Source: Deltaproteobacteria bacterium (GTDB lineage Bacteria; Desulfobacterota_D; UBA1144; Nemesobacterales; UBA2774). From it: 64,000 nt of DNA. Positions 1 through 9,518 of this stretch are shown one piece after another (within the stretch, counting starts at the first letter, position 1; each line of letters starts with the position of its first letter). The notes below the pieces were generated by a model. It did no database searches, was not told the DNA's origin, and saw only the letters and a program-made list of their open reading frames with translations. The stretch lies in contig JAJCZS010000007.1 in the NCBI GenBank assembly GCA_029262275.1, positions 382,031 to 446,030 of the forward strand, written 5' to 3'. Position numbers and translations under genes: made by a program.

Positions 1-1897
1 TGGCGACACAGTAGATTTTGGCGACACTTTAAATATCTCAAATGTAAATTCATTCCAAGATATAACTTCTCTTACCAAGTCAATGGAGAATGGAGAGGTT
101 GATATACTCTTTATTTATGATGTAAACCCAGTGTTTACTCTGCCAAAACAGCTAAATTTTAAAGACGCATTAGGCAATGTTAAATATGTAGTTAGTTTCT
201 CAAGCTTTATGGATGAGACAACTGAGATGGCAGATCTTATAATGCCAAACAATACTCCAATCGAGAGTTGGGGTGACTACTCATCTAGAGAAAGCGTAAA
301 TGGACTAATACAGCCAGTTATGTCCCCTGTATTTAATACAAAAGGGACCGGGGATGTGATCCTCTCGGTAAGCGGACAGGTAGAAAAACTAAACGGTAGA
401 TTCACACAAACCACATTTTATGATTACTTACAAAACTCATGGAAAGAAATCTGGGCAGGAGCTTCAAGCGGATCGGACTTCGACACATTCTGGAAAGATA
501 GCTTAGAGAAAGGTGGATACTATAAAGATGTATCTGCTAGACCAGTCTCCATATCTGGAGCAGTCTCATCTGTTAAATTTAATGAGCCTGAGTTTGTAGG
601 AGAAGGTGATTTTTACTTTATGGCTTATCCTTCCTACAGATACTATGATGGAAGAGGAGCTAACAAGCCTTGGCTACAGGAGCTGCCAGAAGCACTATCT
701 ACTGGTGTATGGAGCTCTTGGGTTCAAATTCATCCTGATACAGCTAAAAAATTAAATGTCTCACAAGGTGATTTCCTCTCAATAGAATCCTCAGAGGGAG
801 TAATTGAGACACAAGTATATGTTTATCAAGGAATAAGACCTGACACACTAGCCGTAATGATAGGTCAGGGACACACAAGCTACGGTAGATACGCAAAAGA
901 CAGGGGTGTGAACCCAATCGATATACTTCCTATGTCCACGGATGAGAGATCTGGTGGATTTGCTTGGTTGTCTGCAAAAGTTTCCGCAGTAAAAGTAAGT
1001 AAAAGTGAACAATTTGTACAAACTCAATATACAACACACCAACATGACAGAGAAATTGCTCAGGCAATCAGCCTAACAGAGCTAGAGAAAGGTATACATC
1101 ACGATGATCACCATTCTGATGCAGATTTTTATCCACCTAGGGAGTACCATAAATACCGCTGGGGAATGTCTATTGATCTTCAGAAATGCGTAGGTTGCGG
1201 TTCTTGTGTTACAGCATGCAATGCTGAGAACAATGTTGCCTTCGTTGGTAAACAACTTTGTGCTCAAAGACGTGATATGAACTGGATTAGGATTGAAAGG
1301 TATTTTGAAGAAGCCAACAACAGCGCAGGTTTCCAGACTAGGTACCTACCGATGCTGTGTCAGCAGTGCGGAAATGCTCCTTGCGAGCCTGTCTGTCCTG
1401 TGTTTGCAACCTACCATAACCCTGAGGGGCTAAACGGCATGGTTTATAACAGATGTGTGGGAACAAGATATTGCGCTAATAACTGCACTTATAAAGTTAG
1501 AAAATTCAACTGGTTTACGTACAAATGGCCTGAGCCTCTTAACTGGCAGCTAAATCCAGATGTTACGGTCAGAAGTAAGGGTGTAATGGAAAAATGTACA
1601 TTCTGCGTTCAAAGAATTAACCATGCAAAAGATCTTGCCAAAGATGAAGGCCAAGACGTTAGTGATGGCGCATTTAAAGTGGCGTGCGAGCAGGCCTGCC
1701 CGGCTGAAGCAATCGTATTTGGAAACTTAGAAGATAAAGAAAGTGAAGTTTACAAACAATCACACGATGACAGGGGCTATCAGGTTTTATCTTTTGTTAA
1801 TACTCAACCTGGTATTACATACCTCAGAAAAGTGACACAATATGAAGAATCAAAAGAATCTCATGGTACAAAGAATCATAAGGATCACACAGGATAA
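1..1897 (+). CDS. actB: Alternative complex III subunit ActB (molybdopterin-like domain C-terminal part plus 4Fe-4S domain). It is 5'-truncated because the frame is open back to the window start.
   Basis: There is no stop codon between position 2 and the first Met at 83, so the gene begins upstream of the window. The C-terminal half carries several ferredoxin-type Cys clusters (CVGCGSCVTACN, CQQCGNAPCEPVCP, CVGTRYCANNC, CTFCVQRINH). The gene is followed by NrfD-like and cytochrome c genes in the canonical act order. Confidence 0.75.
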   Translation, partial: GDTVDFGDTLNISNVNSFQDITSLTKSMENGEVDILFIYDVNPVFTLPKQLNFKDALGNVKYVVSFSSFMDETTEMADLIMPNNTPIESWGDYSSRESVNGLIQPVMSPVFNTKGTGDVILSVSGQVEKLNGRFTQTTFYDYLQNSWKEIWAGASSGSDFDTFWKDSLEKGGYYKDVSARPVSISGAVSSVKFNEPEFVGEGDFYFMAYPSYRYYDGRGANKPWLQELPEALSTGVWSSWVQIHPDTAKKLNVSQGDFLSIESSEGVIETQVYVYQGIRPDTLAVMIGQGHTSYGRYAKDRGVNPIDILPMSTDERSGGFAWLSAKVSAVKVSKSEQFVQTQYTTHQHDREIAQAISLTELEKGIHHDDHHSDADFYPPREYHKYRWGMSIDLQKCVGCGSCVTACNAENNVAFVGKQLCAQRRDMNWIRIERYFEEANNSAGFQTRYLPMLCQQCGNAPCEPVCPVFATYHNPEGLNGMVYNRCVGTRYCANNCTYKVRKFNWFTYKWPEPLNWQLNPDVTVRSKGVMEKCTFCVQRINHAKDLAKDEGQDVSDGAFKVACEQACPAEAIVFGNLEDKESEVYKQSHDDRGYQVLSFVNTQPGITYLRKVTQYEESKESHGTKNHKDHTG

Positions 1898-1903
1898 ACC
1901 ATA

Positions 1904-3235
1904 ATGAGTCAGCAAAACACACTAACTTACGCAAGAGTCAATGACGACGTTATAAGAATGCTGGATAAGCCCACATTTAAGTGGTGGGCACTATTTCTAC
2001 CTACTCTTTTGTTTGTCGGAATTGGCGCATTTTGCTTCATATATCAGGTTCAATATGGATTGGGTGTTGCAGGCTATAGGCATCCAGTATTTTGGGGTGT
2101 TTACATTACAGATTTTGTATTCTGGGTTGGTATTGCGCATTCAGGAACTTTGATTTCAGCAGTTTTATTTCTTTTCCGTGCGAATTTCCGAATGTCGATT
2201 TACCGAATAGCTGAGGGTATGACGGTATTTGCAGTTTTAACTGCAGGATTATTTCCTATTATTCACTTAGGTCGACCATGGAACTTTTACTGGTTATTTC
2301 CATACCCAAACCAAAGAGAGCTATGGGTTAACTTTAAATCACCGCTTCTTTGGGACGTTTTCGCTGTAAGCACTTACCTAACTGTAAGCTCTGTTTTCTT
2401 CTTTATTGGAATGATTCCAGACATCGCGGCTATTAGAGACAGGGTTACAGAAACACCACGTAAAATTATCTATTCCATACTCTCACTGGGCTGGAAAGGG
2501 TCCAACTGGGAATGGTTACACTACACAAGGGCATATTTGTTCTTTGCAGCTTTTGCTACTCCACTAGTTCTCTCGGTTCACAGTGTTGTATCCTGGGACT
2601 TTGCAATGTCAAACCTTCCTGGTTGGCATACGACTATTTTTGCTCCTTATTTTGTTGCAGGTGCTATTTTCTCAGGTCTAGGGATGGTTATCACGCTAAC
2701 TGTGCCGATTAGAAAGATATTCCACTTAGAAGACTATATCACCATGGACAATTATGATGGTATGGCAAAACTCATATTGGTAACTTCAGGAATTGTAGGC
2801 TATGCCTATGGTGTAGAATTCTTTATGGCATGGTACAGCGGTGTGCCTGCTGAATGGTATCAGTTCTATTACAGGGCAACCGGAGAGTATGCACTATTTT
2901 ACTGGATAATGATTGTATGTAACGTAATAATTCCGCTACCTCTTTGGTTTAAGAGTATGCGTAGTAACATAGTTGTTCTATTTATAATTTCTATCTTCAT
3001 TAATATCGGTATGTGGTTTGAGAGATTTAACATTATCGTGATTTCTCTATCGCGTGGGTTTGATCCTGCGGCTTGGGGAATCTATCAACCTACATGGGTT
3101 GAAATTGGTATTACGGTAGGAAGTTTCGCATGGTTCTTCATGTTCTTCCTAATTTTCTTAAAAACTCTTCCTTCTGTCTCTATTGCTGAGATGAAGGAGA
3201 TCTTGCCTGTACCTAAGAAGGAGGCAAAAACATAA
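1904..3235 (+). CDS. actC: ACIII membrane subunit ActC (NrfD/PsrC-like polytopic quinol-binding protein).
   Basis: 443-aa protein that is highly hydrophobic with multiple predicted TM helices. Its position directly after actB and its NrfD-family pattern support the call. Confidence 0.7.
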   Translation: MSQQNTLTYARVNDDVIRMLDKPTFKWWALFLPTLLFVGIGAFCFIYQVQYGLGVAGYRHPVFWGVYITDFVFWVGIAHSGTLISAVLFLFRANFRMSIYRIAEGMTVFAVLTAGLFPIIHLGRPWNFYWLFPYPNQRELWVNFKSPLLWDVFAVSTYLTVSSVFFFIGMIPDIAAIRDRVTETPRKIIYSILSLGWKGSNWEWLHYTRAYLFFAAFATPLVLSVHSVVSWDFAMSNLPGWHTTIFAPYFVAGAIFSGLGMVITLTVPIRKIFHLEDYITMDNYDGMAKLILVTSGIVGYAYGVEFFMAWYSGVPAEWYQFYYRATGEYALFYWIMIVCNVIIPLPLWFKSMRSNIVVLFIISIFINIGMWFERFNIIVISLSRGFDPAAWGIYQPTWVEIGITVGSFAWFFMFFLIFLKTLPSVSIAEMKEILPVPKKEAKT

Positions 3236-3747
3236 TGAGTGAAAAACAAGGTGTTTTAGGAATATTCTCATACGTTGATGTAACCATAGATACAGTTAAA
3301 AAGCTCAAAGAAGCAGGTTTTAATAATCTAAGAGTTTTCTCTCCGGTTCCTAACCATGAGATCGAAGAGGTTATGGATGTGCCAGAAAGCCCTGTTAGAT
3401 TCTTTACTCTATTTGGAGCTATGCTAGGGGCTGCCTGCGGAGTAGGTTTCACTGTGCTTATGTCTACAGATTGGCCTATATCAGTTAGTGCTAAGCCAAT
3501 TGTATCGTTGCCACCTTTTATGGTGATAATATTTGAGTTAACAATTTTGATGGGAGCTTTGTCCACACTACTTGGATTACTTATTAACTCCCGTATTAGA
3601 AATAACGCACCTAGAACCATGTACGACACAAGATTCTCCGTTGATAAGTTTGGCGTGATGATTACCTGCTCTAAAGATGGAGTAGAGGGTGCACAAGACA
3701 TACTGAATTCTCAGGGTGCTGAGGAAATAAAGGTTGACGGTATTTAG
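3235..3747 (+). CDS. actD: ACIII subunit ActD (small membrane-anchored subunit).
   Basis: 170-aa protein. Its ATG overlaps the actC stop (TAATG coupling). It has one central hydrophobic segment and sits in the canonical position between actC and the monoheme actE. Confidence 0.6.
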   Translation: MSEKQGVLGIFSYVDVTIDTVKKLKEAGFNNLRVFSPVPNHEIEEVMDVPESPVRFFTLFGAMLGAACGVGFTVLMSTDWPISVSAKPIVSLPPFMVIIFELTILMGALSTLLGLLINSRIRNNAPRTMYDTRFSVDKFGVMITCSKDGVEGAQDILNSQGAEEIKVDGI

Positions 3748-3777
3748 CGGTATAGACTATTAGGAGGTAAAAAGGGA

Positions 3778-4347
3778 TTGTTCTTCACAAATAAGAAATA
3801 TTATCTACTATTAGTGCCCGTATTAGTCTTTATGGGTTCATTGAAGGCACTTGCTTTCCCATGGTCTTTTGATATGTGGGTTCAGCCTTCATTGCTTCCA
3901 TATGAAGAACCAGTAATATATCCCGATCTCTCTGTGTCCACTACGGGTCTCAGGATAAAACCTCTACCAAGAGAAGATTTTGAAAATATGACCCAAAACC
4001 CTATAGCTACAAGCCCAGAATCGCTTGAGCAAGGTGAGAAATACTACAATAGATACTGCTATGTTTGCCACGGAATGGAAGGTATGGGCGATGGTCCTGT
4101 TATAAAAAGGGGATTCTACCCACTAAATCTAACTACACCGGGCGTAATAGCGAGAACAGATGGTTATATATATGCTTATATAAGATATGGTGGAAAAGTT
4201 ATGATGCCTAGCTATCGTGAAAGCATTACTTCCGATCAGGCTTGGGATATCGTGAATTATGTGAGAAAACTGCAAGGCAATCCAGTTAAAGAGACTGCAA
4301 CTGAACCCCCTGCAACTGAGGACACTGAACAGGAGAGCGCTGAGTAA
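3778..4347 (+). CDS. actE: ACIII monoheme cytochrome c subunit ActE.
   Basis: 189-aa protein with an N-terminal signal/anchor and a single CxxCH motif (CYVCHGMEG). A TTG start is preceded by a TAGGAGG ribosome-binding site. Confidence 0.65.
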   Translation: MFFTNKKYYLLLVPVLVFMGSLKALAFPWSFDMWVQPSLLPYEEPVIYPDLSVSTTGLRIKPLPREDFENMTQNPIATSPESLEQGEKYYNRYCYVCHGMEGMGDGPVIKRGFYPLNLTTPGVIARTDGYIYAYIRYGGKVMMPSYRESITSDQAWDIVNYVRKLQGNPVKETATEPPATEDTEQESAE

Positions 4348-4348
4348 G

Positions 4349-5599
4349 ATGGATGAGCATATAAGAGAAGAAATTTTAGCTAAAAGATCGCTGATTCCTA
4401 GTTGGTCTATTTATTTGTTCCTGATTATTGCCATAGTTGGTTTTGGAACTTTCGTATACAACATTATGGGATCAGAAGAGTCTGCTAAAGGCGCATGGGA
4501 AATATTCTTGATTAACTTCCTATACTGGACAGTGATAGCTCAGGCCGGAATTATCTTTTCCTGCATTCTGCGTATAACAAATGCAAGGTGGGCAAGGCCG
4601 CTTCTTCGTGTAAGCGAGGGGCTTGGTGCATTCCTTCCTATATCTTTTGTACTTCTTATTGTTGTGTTTTTAGGTCGAGACTATGTTTTGCCTTATGCAA
4701 CGGAGCACTACCATCATCCAAGAGATATATGGCTCAATATGACCTTTGTAATTACAAGAAACATAGGATTGTTCTCTGTTCTACTGATACTTAATGCTTT
4801 TTATCTTTATTACTCGCTCAGGCAGGATCTAGGGGGAGCTGCTGACAAGCTTAGTGGTCTACCAGCGTGGATTGCCTCCGGATGGTCAGGGGAAGATGAG
4901 AGAACCACCATGTGGAAGAGACTTGGCCAGTTTGCGCCTGCTGTAATTATTTTCTTTGCTTTGACCTTTAGTTTCTTTGCATGGGATTTAATAATGTCTC
5001 TTGATCCTCTATGGTTCAGCACACTTTTTGGTCCTTACTATTTTATGGGCGGTTTCTTAGGTGCTCTTGGAAGTACAATTATTTTATCCATTATGCTTAG
5101 AAGAAGGCTTGGTTTGGAAGAATATCTAGTAGATACTCATTACCATGATATGGGTAAACTGCTTCAAGGTTTCTCACTGTTTTGGGTCTATATGTTCTTC
5201 TCACAACTTCTACCTATCTGGTATGCAAATATGCCTGAAACAACTGCTTTTGTTATCAAAAGAGTTCAAGAAGAACCATTTAAAGCTTTTGCATGGGCGA
5301 CTTTAACTTGCGTGTTTATCTTCCCATTCCTAGCGCTTATGCCTAGAACTAATAAGATAGTTAAACCTATAGTAGTTTTTATTGCCGGAGTTTCTTTAAC
5401 AGGTCTGTGGATTGATAAATTTGTACTTGTAACTCCTTCATTATCAAATACAGTAAATATAGGTATTACACAAATACTTATCACACTTGGTTTCTTGGGT
5501 GCGTTTATAATGATGTTCCTATTATTTATAAGAACATTCCCATCAATACCATTTGGAGATAGGTTCTTTGGCGGCAAAGCAAAAGGAGGGCACCACTAA
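4349..5599 (+). CDS. actF: ACIII membrane subunit ActF (second NrfD-like subunit).
   Basis: 416-aa polytopic membrane protein paralogous in architecture to ActC. Its start lies 1 nt after the actE stop. Confidence 0.65.
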   Translation: MDEHIREEILAKRSLIPSWSIYLFLIIAIVGFGTFVYNIMGSEESAKGAWEIFLINFLYWTVIAQAGIIFSCILRITNARWARPLLRVSEGLGAFLPISFVLLIVVFLGRDYVLPYATEHYHHPRDIWLNMTFVITRNIGLFSVLLILNAFYLYYSLRQDLGGAADKLSGLPAWIASGWSGEDERTTMWKRLGQFAPAVIIFFALTFSFFAWDLIMSLDPLWFSTLFGPYYFMGGFLGALGSTIILSIMLRRRLGLEEYLVDTHYHDMGKLLQGFSLFWVYMFFSQLLPIWYANMPETTAFVIKRVQEEPFKAFAWATLTCVFIFPFLALMPRTNKIVKPIVVFIAGVSLTGLWIDKFVLVTPSLSNTVNIGITQILITLGFLGAFIMMFLLFIRTFPSIPFGDRFFGGKAKGGHH

Positions 5600-5742
5600 T
5601 GGATGATAAGCATCTTGATATGATAGCTCGGGGAGTCACTGTCGGCTTATGTCTTGGCGTTGCAGGATTCCTTACACTGCTTGCAACCATTGCATTTCTG
5701 GGTCCTCAGATTGCACCTCTTATGAATAAGCTTCCTTGGTAG
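5599..5742 (+). CDS. Unannotated 47-aa single-TM micro-protein, translationally coupled to actF. It may be an additional small ACIII subunit.
   Basis: I translated it by hand as MDDKHLDMIARGVTVGLCLGVAGFLTLLATIAFLGPQIAPLMNKLPW. Its ATG (5599-5601) overlaps the actF stop codon (5597-5599), and it ends at TAG 5740-5742. It falls below the ORF-track length cutoff. Confidence 0.4.
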   Translation: MDDKHLDMIARGVTVGLCLGVAGFLTLLATIAFLGPQIAPLMNKLPW

Positions 5743-5820
5743 ATTTGTTGCTGTAAGTCTCTAACATACTATTACTTCTTTGATTTCCTGCAGTTGTACT
5801 TAATTCCTTTAATAATACGT

Positions 5821-5849
5821 TTGACAGATAGTATCCTTATTGGGAGAAT
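5821..5849 (+). promoter_or_regulatory. Candidate sigma-70 promoter upstream of the crotonase gene.
   Basis: TTGACA at 5821-5826, then a 17-nt spacer, then GAGAAT. A TATATT is also present at 5864-5869. Confidence 0.3.
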
Positions 5850-5886
5850 TGTAAGGTCTTAATTATATTCCAAAAGGAGAGTGTAT

Positions 5887-6723
5887 ATGCCTACGACTAA
5901 AAAAACTACTAGGAAAAAAACTGTAAAAAAGAATCATGGTCTATCCTTAAAGAACGTTCTCTATGAAAAGAAGAGAAAGGTGGCCTATGTTACTATTAAT
6001 CGTCCTGAGACGCGTAATGCTCTAAACACTCAGACCAGAGAAGAGCTTGCGATTGCTATAGAAGACGCATGGCTTGATGACAAAATTGGAGTTATTGTCC
6101 TTACCGGGGCTGGTGGTAGAGCCTTTTCTGCAGGAGGAGATCTTTCCTGGATAGCTGATCCTAAGAAAAAAGTTGACGCCAAGTTTATGCTTGTTCATTA
6201 CCGATTGGCTACAGCGATGCGCTGTTGTGGAAAGCCTATCATTGCAAGAGTTGATGGATATTGTGTGGGCGGTGGAAATGAGCTCAATATGCTATGTGAT
6301 TTAACGATAGCATCAGATACGTCCATTTTTGCCCAGGCAGGTCCACTCGTGGGTAGTGCCCCTATATGGTATGGATTGCAAGGGCTTCAGCACTCAGTTG
6401 GGGACAAAAAAGCGAGAGAAATAGTTTATCTATGTGATCGCTACACAGCGGAGCAAGCCGCCGATATGGGGTGGGTAAATAAGGTAGTACCAAAGGATAA
6501 ACTAGATGAAGAAGTGGGTGCTTGGTGTAAGAGCCTGCTCGAAAAGAGCCCGCAGTCTTTGCGGATTGCAAAATTCCAGATCAATTTCGCGTCCGACATG
6601 GCTCATCCTCAAATCACACATGGGCTTGAGCTAGCTAGATTCTTTATGAAAGCGCCTGAGATGGTTGAGGGAGCAAATGCATTTTTAGAGAAACGCAAAC
6701 CAGATTTTTGGGGCGTCAAATAA
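5887..6723 (+). CDS. Enoyl-CoA hydratase/isomerase (crotonase-fold) family protein.
   Basis: Crotonase signature region (VIVLTGAGGRAFSAGGDLS). A GGAG ribosome-binding site precedes the ATG at 5887; the ORF-track start at 5881 is a GTG. Confidence 0.7.
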   Translation: MPTTKKTTRKKTVKKNHGLSLKNVLYEKKRKVAYVTINRPETRNALNTQTREELAIAIEDAWLDDKIGVIVLTGAGGRAFSAGGDLSWIADPKKKVDAKFMLVHYRLATAMRCCGKPIIARVDGYCVGGGNELNMLCDLTIASDTSIFAQAGPLVGSAPIWYGLQGLQHSVGDKKAREIVYLCDRYTAEQAADMGWVNKVVPKDKLDEEVGAWCKSLLEKSPQSLRIAKFQINFASDMAHPQITHGLELARFFMKAPEMVEGANAFLEKRKPDFWGVK

Positions 6724-6745
6724 TTAACTATAAGAGGAGCAAACG

Positions 6746-7084
6746 ATGTCTAAAGAAGCTGAGATAAATTTTGTAGTAAAACTAGATGAAGATAACTCAC
6801 CTGCTGAGATTTATTGGGGAGCAACAGAGGCTGATTTTGAAGGCTTGCAGCCCTGTGAGTCACTCATGATTTCAATGTGGGATAAGGTTCAAAAAAATAC
6901 TATGAGCATAGATCTCTGGACAAAAGGGATGGAAGTGGGAGAGATGAGTGCTCATTATTACTTTACTTTAATGAAGATGGCGGACACATATCAAAGAGCT
7001 ACTAACAATAGCGAATTATCAGAAATGATAAGGAACTTTGCTAAGGAGTTTGCTATGAAAGTTGAAGAGCTTGCTAACGATTAG
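6746..7084 (+). CDS. Small cytoplasmic hypothetical protein. It may resemble the gliding-associated GldC family, with low confidence.
   Basis: 112-aa protein with a strong ribosome-binding site (AGGAG) and no TM segment. Its size and conserved blocks (VKLDED..P..I.W.A...........M...WD......M.IDLWTK.M) are reminiscent of GldC. Confidence 0.35.
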   Translation: MSKEAEINFVVKLDEDNSPAEIYWGATEADFEGLQPCESLMISMWDKVQKNTMSIDLWTKGMEVGEMSAHYYFTLMKMADTYQRATNNSELSEMIRNFAKEFAMKVEELAND

Positions 7085-7090
7085 CCCATA

Positions 7091-8023
7091 CTACTTAAAA
7101 GCCGGTAAAACTTCTTTTGCAAATAATTTAAGGGTGTCATGGTTCATTATATCTGAGAAGAAAATGGTGTATTTTGTAATTCCTCGCTTTTCATTCTCTA
7201 ATATCTTCTCTATGCATTGATCTGGTGTGCCCACAATACCAAATTTTGAGATGTCGCCAAAGAATCCATATCTTCTTTGTCCTTTCTCAAGTTTTTCAGC
7301 AAGTTCTTCTTCGTTTTTTGCTATTACACAAACAGTTTGCTGAGAGATTCCTATATCATTTACATCTCTTCCAATATCATTGCAATGTCGTTTTAGCACC
7401 TCTAGTTTATGATCGTAAGAGTTTGCATGGTTAGCTGGGCAGTTCCACTCATCTGCGAGCTCTGCAACTGTTCTTAAAAGATACTCTTCACCCGCTCCTC
7501 CTACCATTATTGGTGGATGAGGTTTTTGAATGGGCTTTGGATTACAATAGGCTTCATTGATACTGTAGTGTTTTCCCTTAAAACTAGGTTTTTCTTCAGT
7601 CCACATAGCTCTTATGATTTTGATGGATTCAGAGAGCTGCTCAATTCTTGTTTTAGTATCGGGGAACTCGTATCCATAAGCTTTATATTCAGCCTCAAAC
7701 CATCCTGCGCCTATTGCGAACTCAAGTCTTCCATTACTAATTACATCAAGAGTTGAAGCCATCTTTGCAAGTAGCGCCGGCGGTCTAAAGGAATTGCATA
7801 GAACCATAGTGCCTATTCTTATTTTGTCTGTAACTGCTGCCAGTGCTGACATTGAGGTCCAGGCCTCATAAATATCCATCTCTATTGCACCCATACCAAG
7901 TATATGGTCATAGAACCAGACAGAATGGTAATCGAGCAGATCGCAGAGCTCTGTAGTCTCACGTATTTGAGAAAAGTCTATCTTTTGCTGGCGCAGCATT
8001 ACACCAAATTTAATTCTACTCAT
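7091..8023 (-). CDS. Luciferase-like monooxygenase (LLM) family oxidoreductase, of the flavin/F420-dependent class.
   Basis: 310-aa protein with LLM N-terminal signature (FGVML...VWFYDH) and TIM-barrel length. Confidence 0.65.
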   Translation of the reverse strand: MSRIKFGVMLRQQKIDFSQIRETTELCDLLDYHSVWFYDHILGMGAIEMDIYEAWTSMSALAAVTDKIRIGTMVLCNSFRPPALLAKMASTLDVISNGRLEFAIGAGWFEAEYKAYGYEFPDTKTRIEQLSESIKIIRAMWTEEKPSFKGKHYSINEAYCNPKPIQKPHPPIMVGGAGEEYLLRTVAELADEWNCPANHANSYDHKLEVLKRHCNDIGRDVNDIGISQQTVCVIAKNEEELAEKLEKGQRRYGFFGDISKFGIVGTPDQCIEKILENEKRGITKYTIFFSDIMNHDTLKLFAKEVLPAFK

Positions 8024-8169
8024 GTTCTCCCCTTGGTTTAATTGAAGTTAGAGAATCACTTTAACAGAGGGTCTGTGTAGAATCAAATATTCATTGTAAA
8101 CTGTTTGACACTGTTTGGGTAATACTATAGATTTAGATGCCTAGAGAAACAAAAAAGGAGGCCAAAATT

Positions 8170-8859
8170 ATGTATAAAAGTTCAATTAGATTTACTTTGA
8201 TAATGACTATTATTCTTTTTATCCCTGCAATATCTTTTCTTGCGGGCTGTAAGAATGAAGCACCACAGACTGAGACTGCAACAGAGACTCAAAGCTCTCA
8301 GGATACACAAGCGAGCACTGATGCTGACGGCAATGATGAGACATCAGGGGATGATAAAGCAGTAGAAAATAAAGGAGGAAATCCAGTGGTAATAATTAAA
8401 ACTTCAAAAGGTGATATTAAGCTTGAACTCGATAGAGAAAATGCTCCTATCAGTGTAGATAATTTTCTTGCTTATACTCAGGATGGCTACTATGATGGGA
8501 CTATCTTTCACAGAGTGATTAACAATTTTATGGTTCAAGGCGGGGGTTTTACAACCGATATGCAGCAAAAACCTACTAATGCACCTATAAAGAATGAGGC
8601 TGATAATGGTCTTAAAAATGAAAGAGGTACTATAGCTATGGCGCGCACTGGGGTTGTAGACAGTGCAACTTCTCAGTTCTTTATTAACCATGCCGATAAT
8701 GCATTCTTAGATAACGGCAAGAGAGATTTTGGTTACGCCGTATTTGGTAGAGTAGTGGATGGTATCGAAGTTGTAGATGCTATAGCAGCAGTTAAAACCG
8801 GCCCTGGGGATGTTCCCAACGAGCAGGTAGTTATAGAGTCCGTAACGATAGTAGAATAA
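8170..8859 (+). CDS. ppiB: Cyclophilin-type peptidyl-prolyl cis-trans isomerase, lipoprotein form.
   Basis: Cyclophilin core motifs ([22 protein letters not shown]). The ATG at 8170 is preceded by AAGGAGG, and the N-terminus has signal peptide plus lipobox (LAGC). The ORF track begins 33 nt upstream at 8137. Confidence 0.8.
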   Translation: MYKSSIRFTLIMTIILFIPAISFLAGCKNEAPQTETATETQSSQDTQASTDADGNDETSGDDKAVENKGGNPVVIIKTSKGDIKLELDRENAPISVDNFLAYTQDGYYDGTIFHRVINNFMVQGGGFTTDMQQKPTNAPIKNEADNGLKNERGTIAMARTGVVDSATSQFFINHADNAFLDNGKRDFGYAVFGRVVDGIEVVDAIAAVKTGPGDVPNEQVVIESVTIVE

Positions 8860-8879
8860 TAAAATACAAGCATTGTTTT

Positions 8880-9488
8880 CTAAAGAACGCCCCTGAAGGT
8901 CTTTCTGTGGATAGGGCAGGGGCCGTGTTCTCTAATAGCTTCATAGTGCTCTTTTGTGGGATAGCCTTTATGACCCTTAAAGTTGTACTCAGGATACATT
9001 AAATGGTACTCCTCCATTATTGAGTCCCTGGTAACTTTTGCCAGAATTGATGCTGCGGCGATAGAGCACGATTTGGAGTCACCCTTTACAATGGTTTCCT
9101 GCATTATGAGAAGTGAAGTTTTTTGATTTCCATCTATTAATAAGTAGTCAGGCTTGGTCTTAAGTTTCTTAACAGATATCTCCATTGCTAAAAGGGCGGC
9201 ACGCAGTATATTGATCCTGTCTATCTCCTCGGGCTCAACTATTCCTACGGCGTAGGACAGGGCCAGAGACTTTATTTCTTCAAATATTTTCTGTCTCTTT
9301 GTGGGTGATAGCTTTTTAGAATCATCAAGCCCTAGGATCTCGCAATCGTCAGGCAGCACTACGGCTGCTGCAACAACAGGTCCTGCAAGTGGACCCCTGC
9401 CAGCTTCATCAACCCCCGCAGGTATTTTCCCCTTTGCCCATATCTCCTTCTCATAGTCAAGATTGGGGGGACTCAATATACTCTCCAA
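8880..9488 (-). CDS. rnhB: Ribonuclease HII.
   Basis: Characteristic GVDEAGRGPLAGPVV N-terminal motif; 202 aa. Confidence 0.85.
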   Translation of the reverse strand: MESILSPPNLDYEKEIWAKGKIPAGVDEAGRGPLAGPVVAAAVVLPDDCEILGLDDSKKLSPTKRQKIFEEIKSLALSYAVGIVEPEEIDRINILRAALLAMEISVKKLKTKPDYLLIDGNQKTSLLIMQETIVKGDSKSCSIAAASILAKVTRDSIMEEYHLMYPEYNFKGHKGYPTKEHYEAIREHGPCPIHRKTFRGVL

Positions 9489-9518
9489 AAAAATACTTCA
9501 AATTTGTGGTTTGTACTA

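Noticed and set aside
3213-3701. 162-aa ORF on the minus strand.
   Set aside because: It lies antisense to, and entirely inside, the well-supported actC/actD coding region, and it has no ribosome-binding site. It is a typical shadow ORF.
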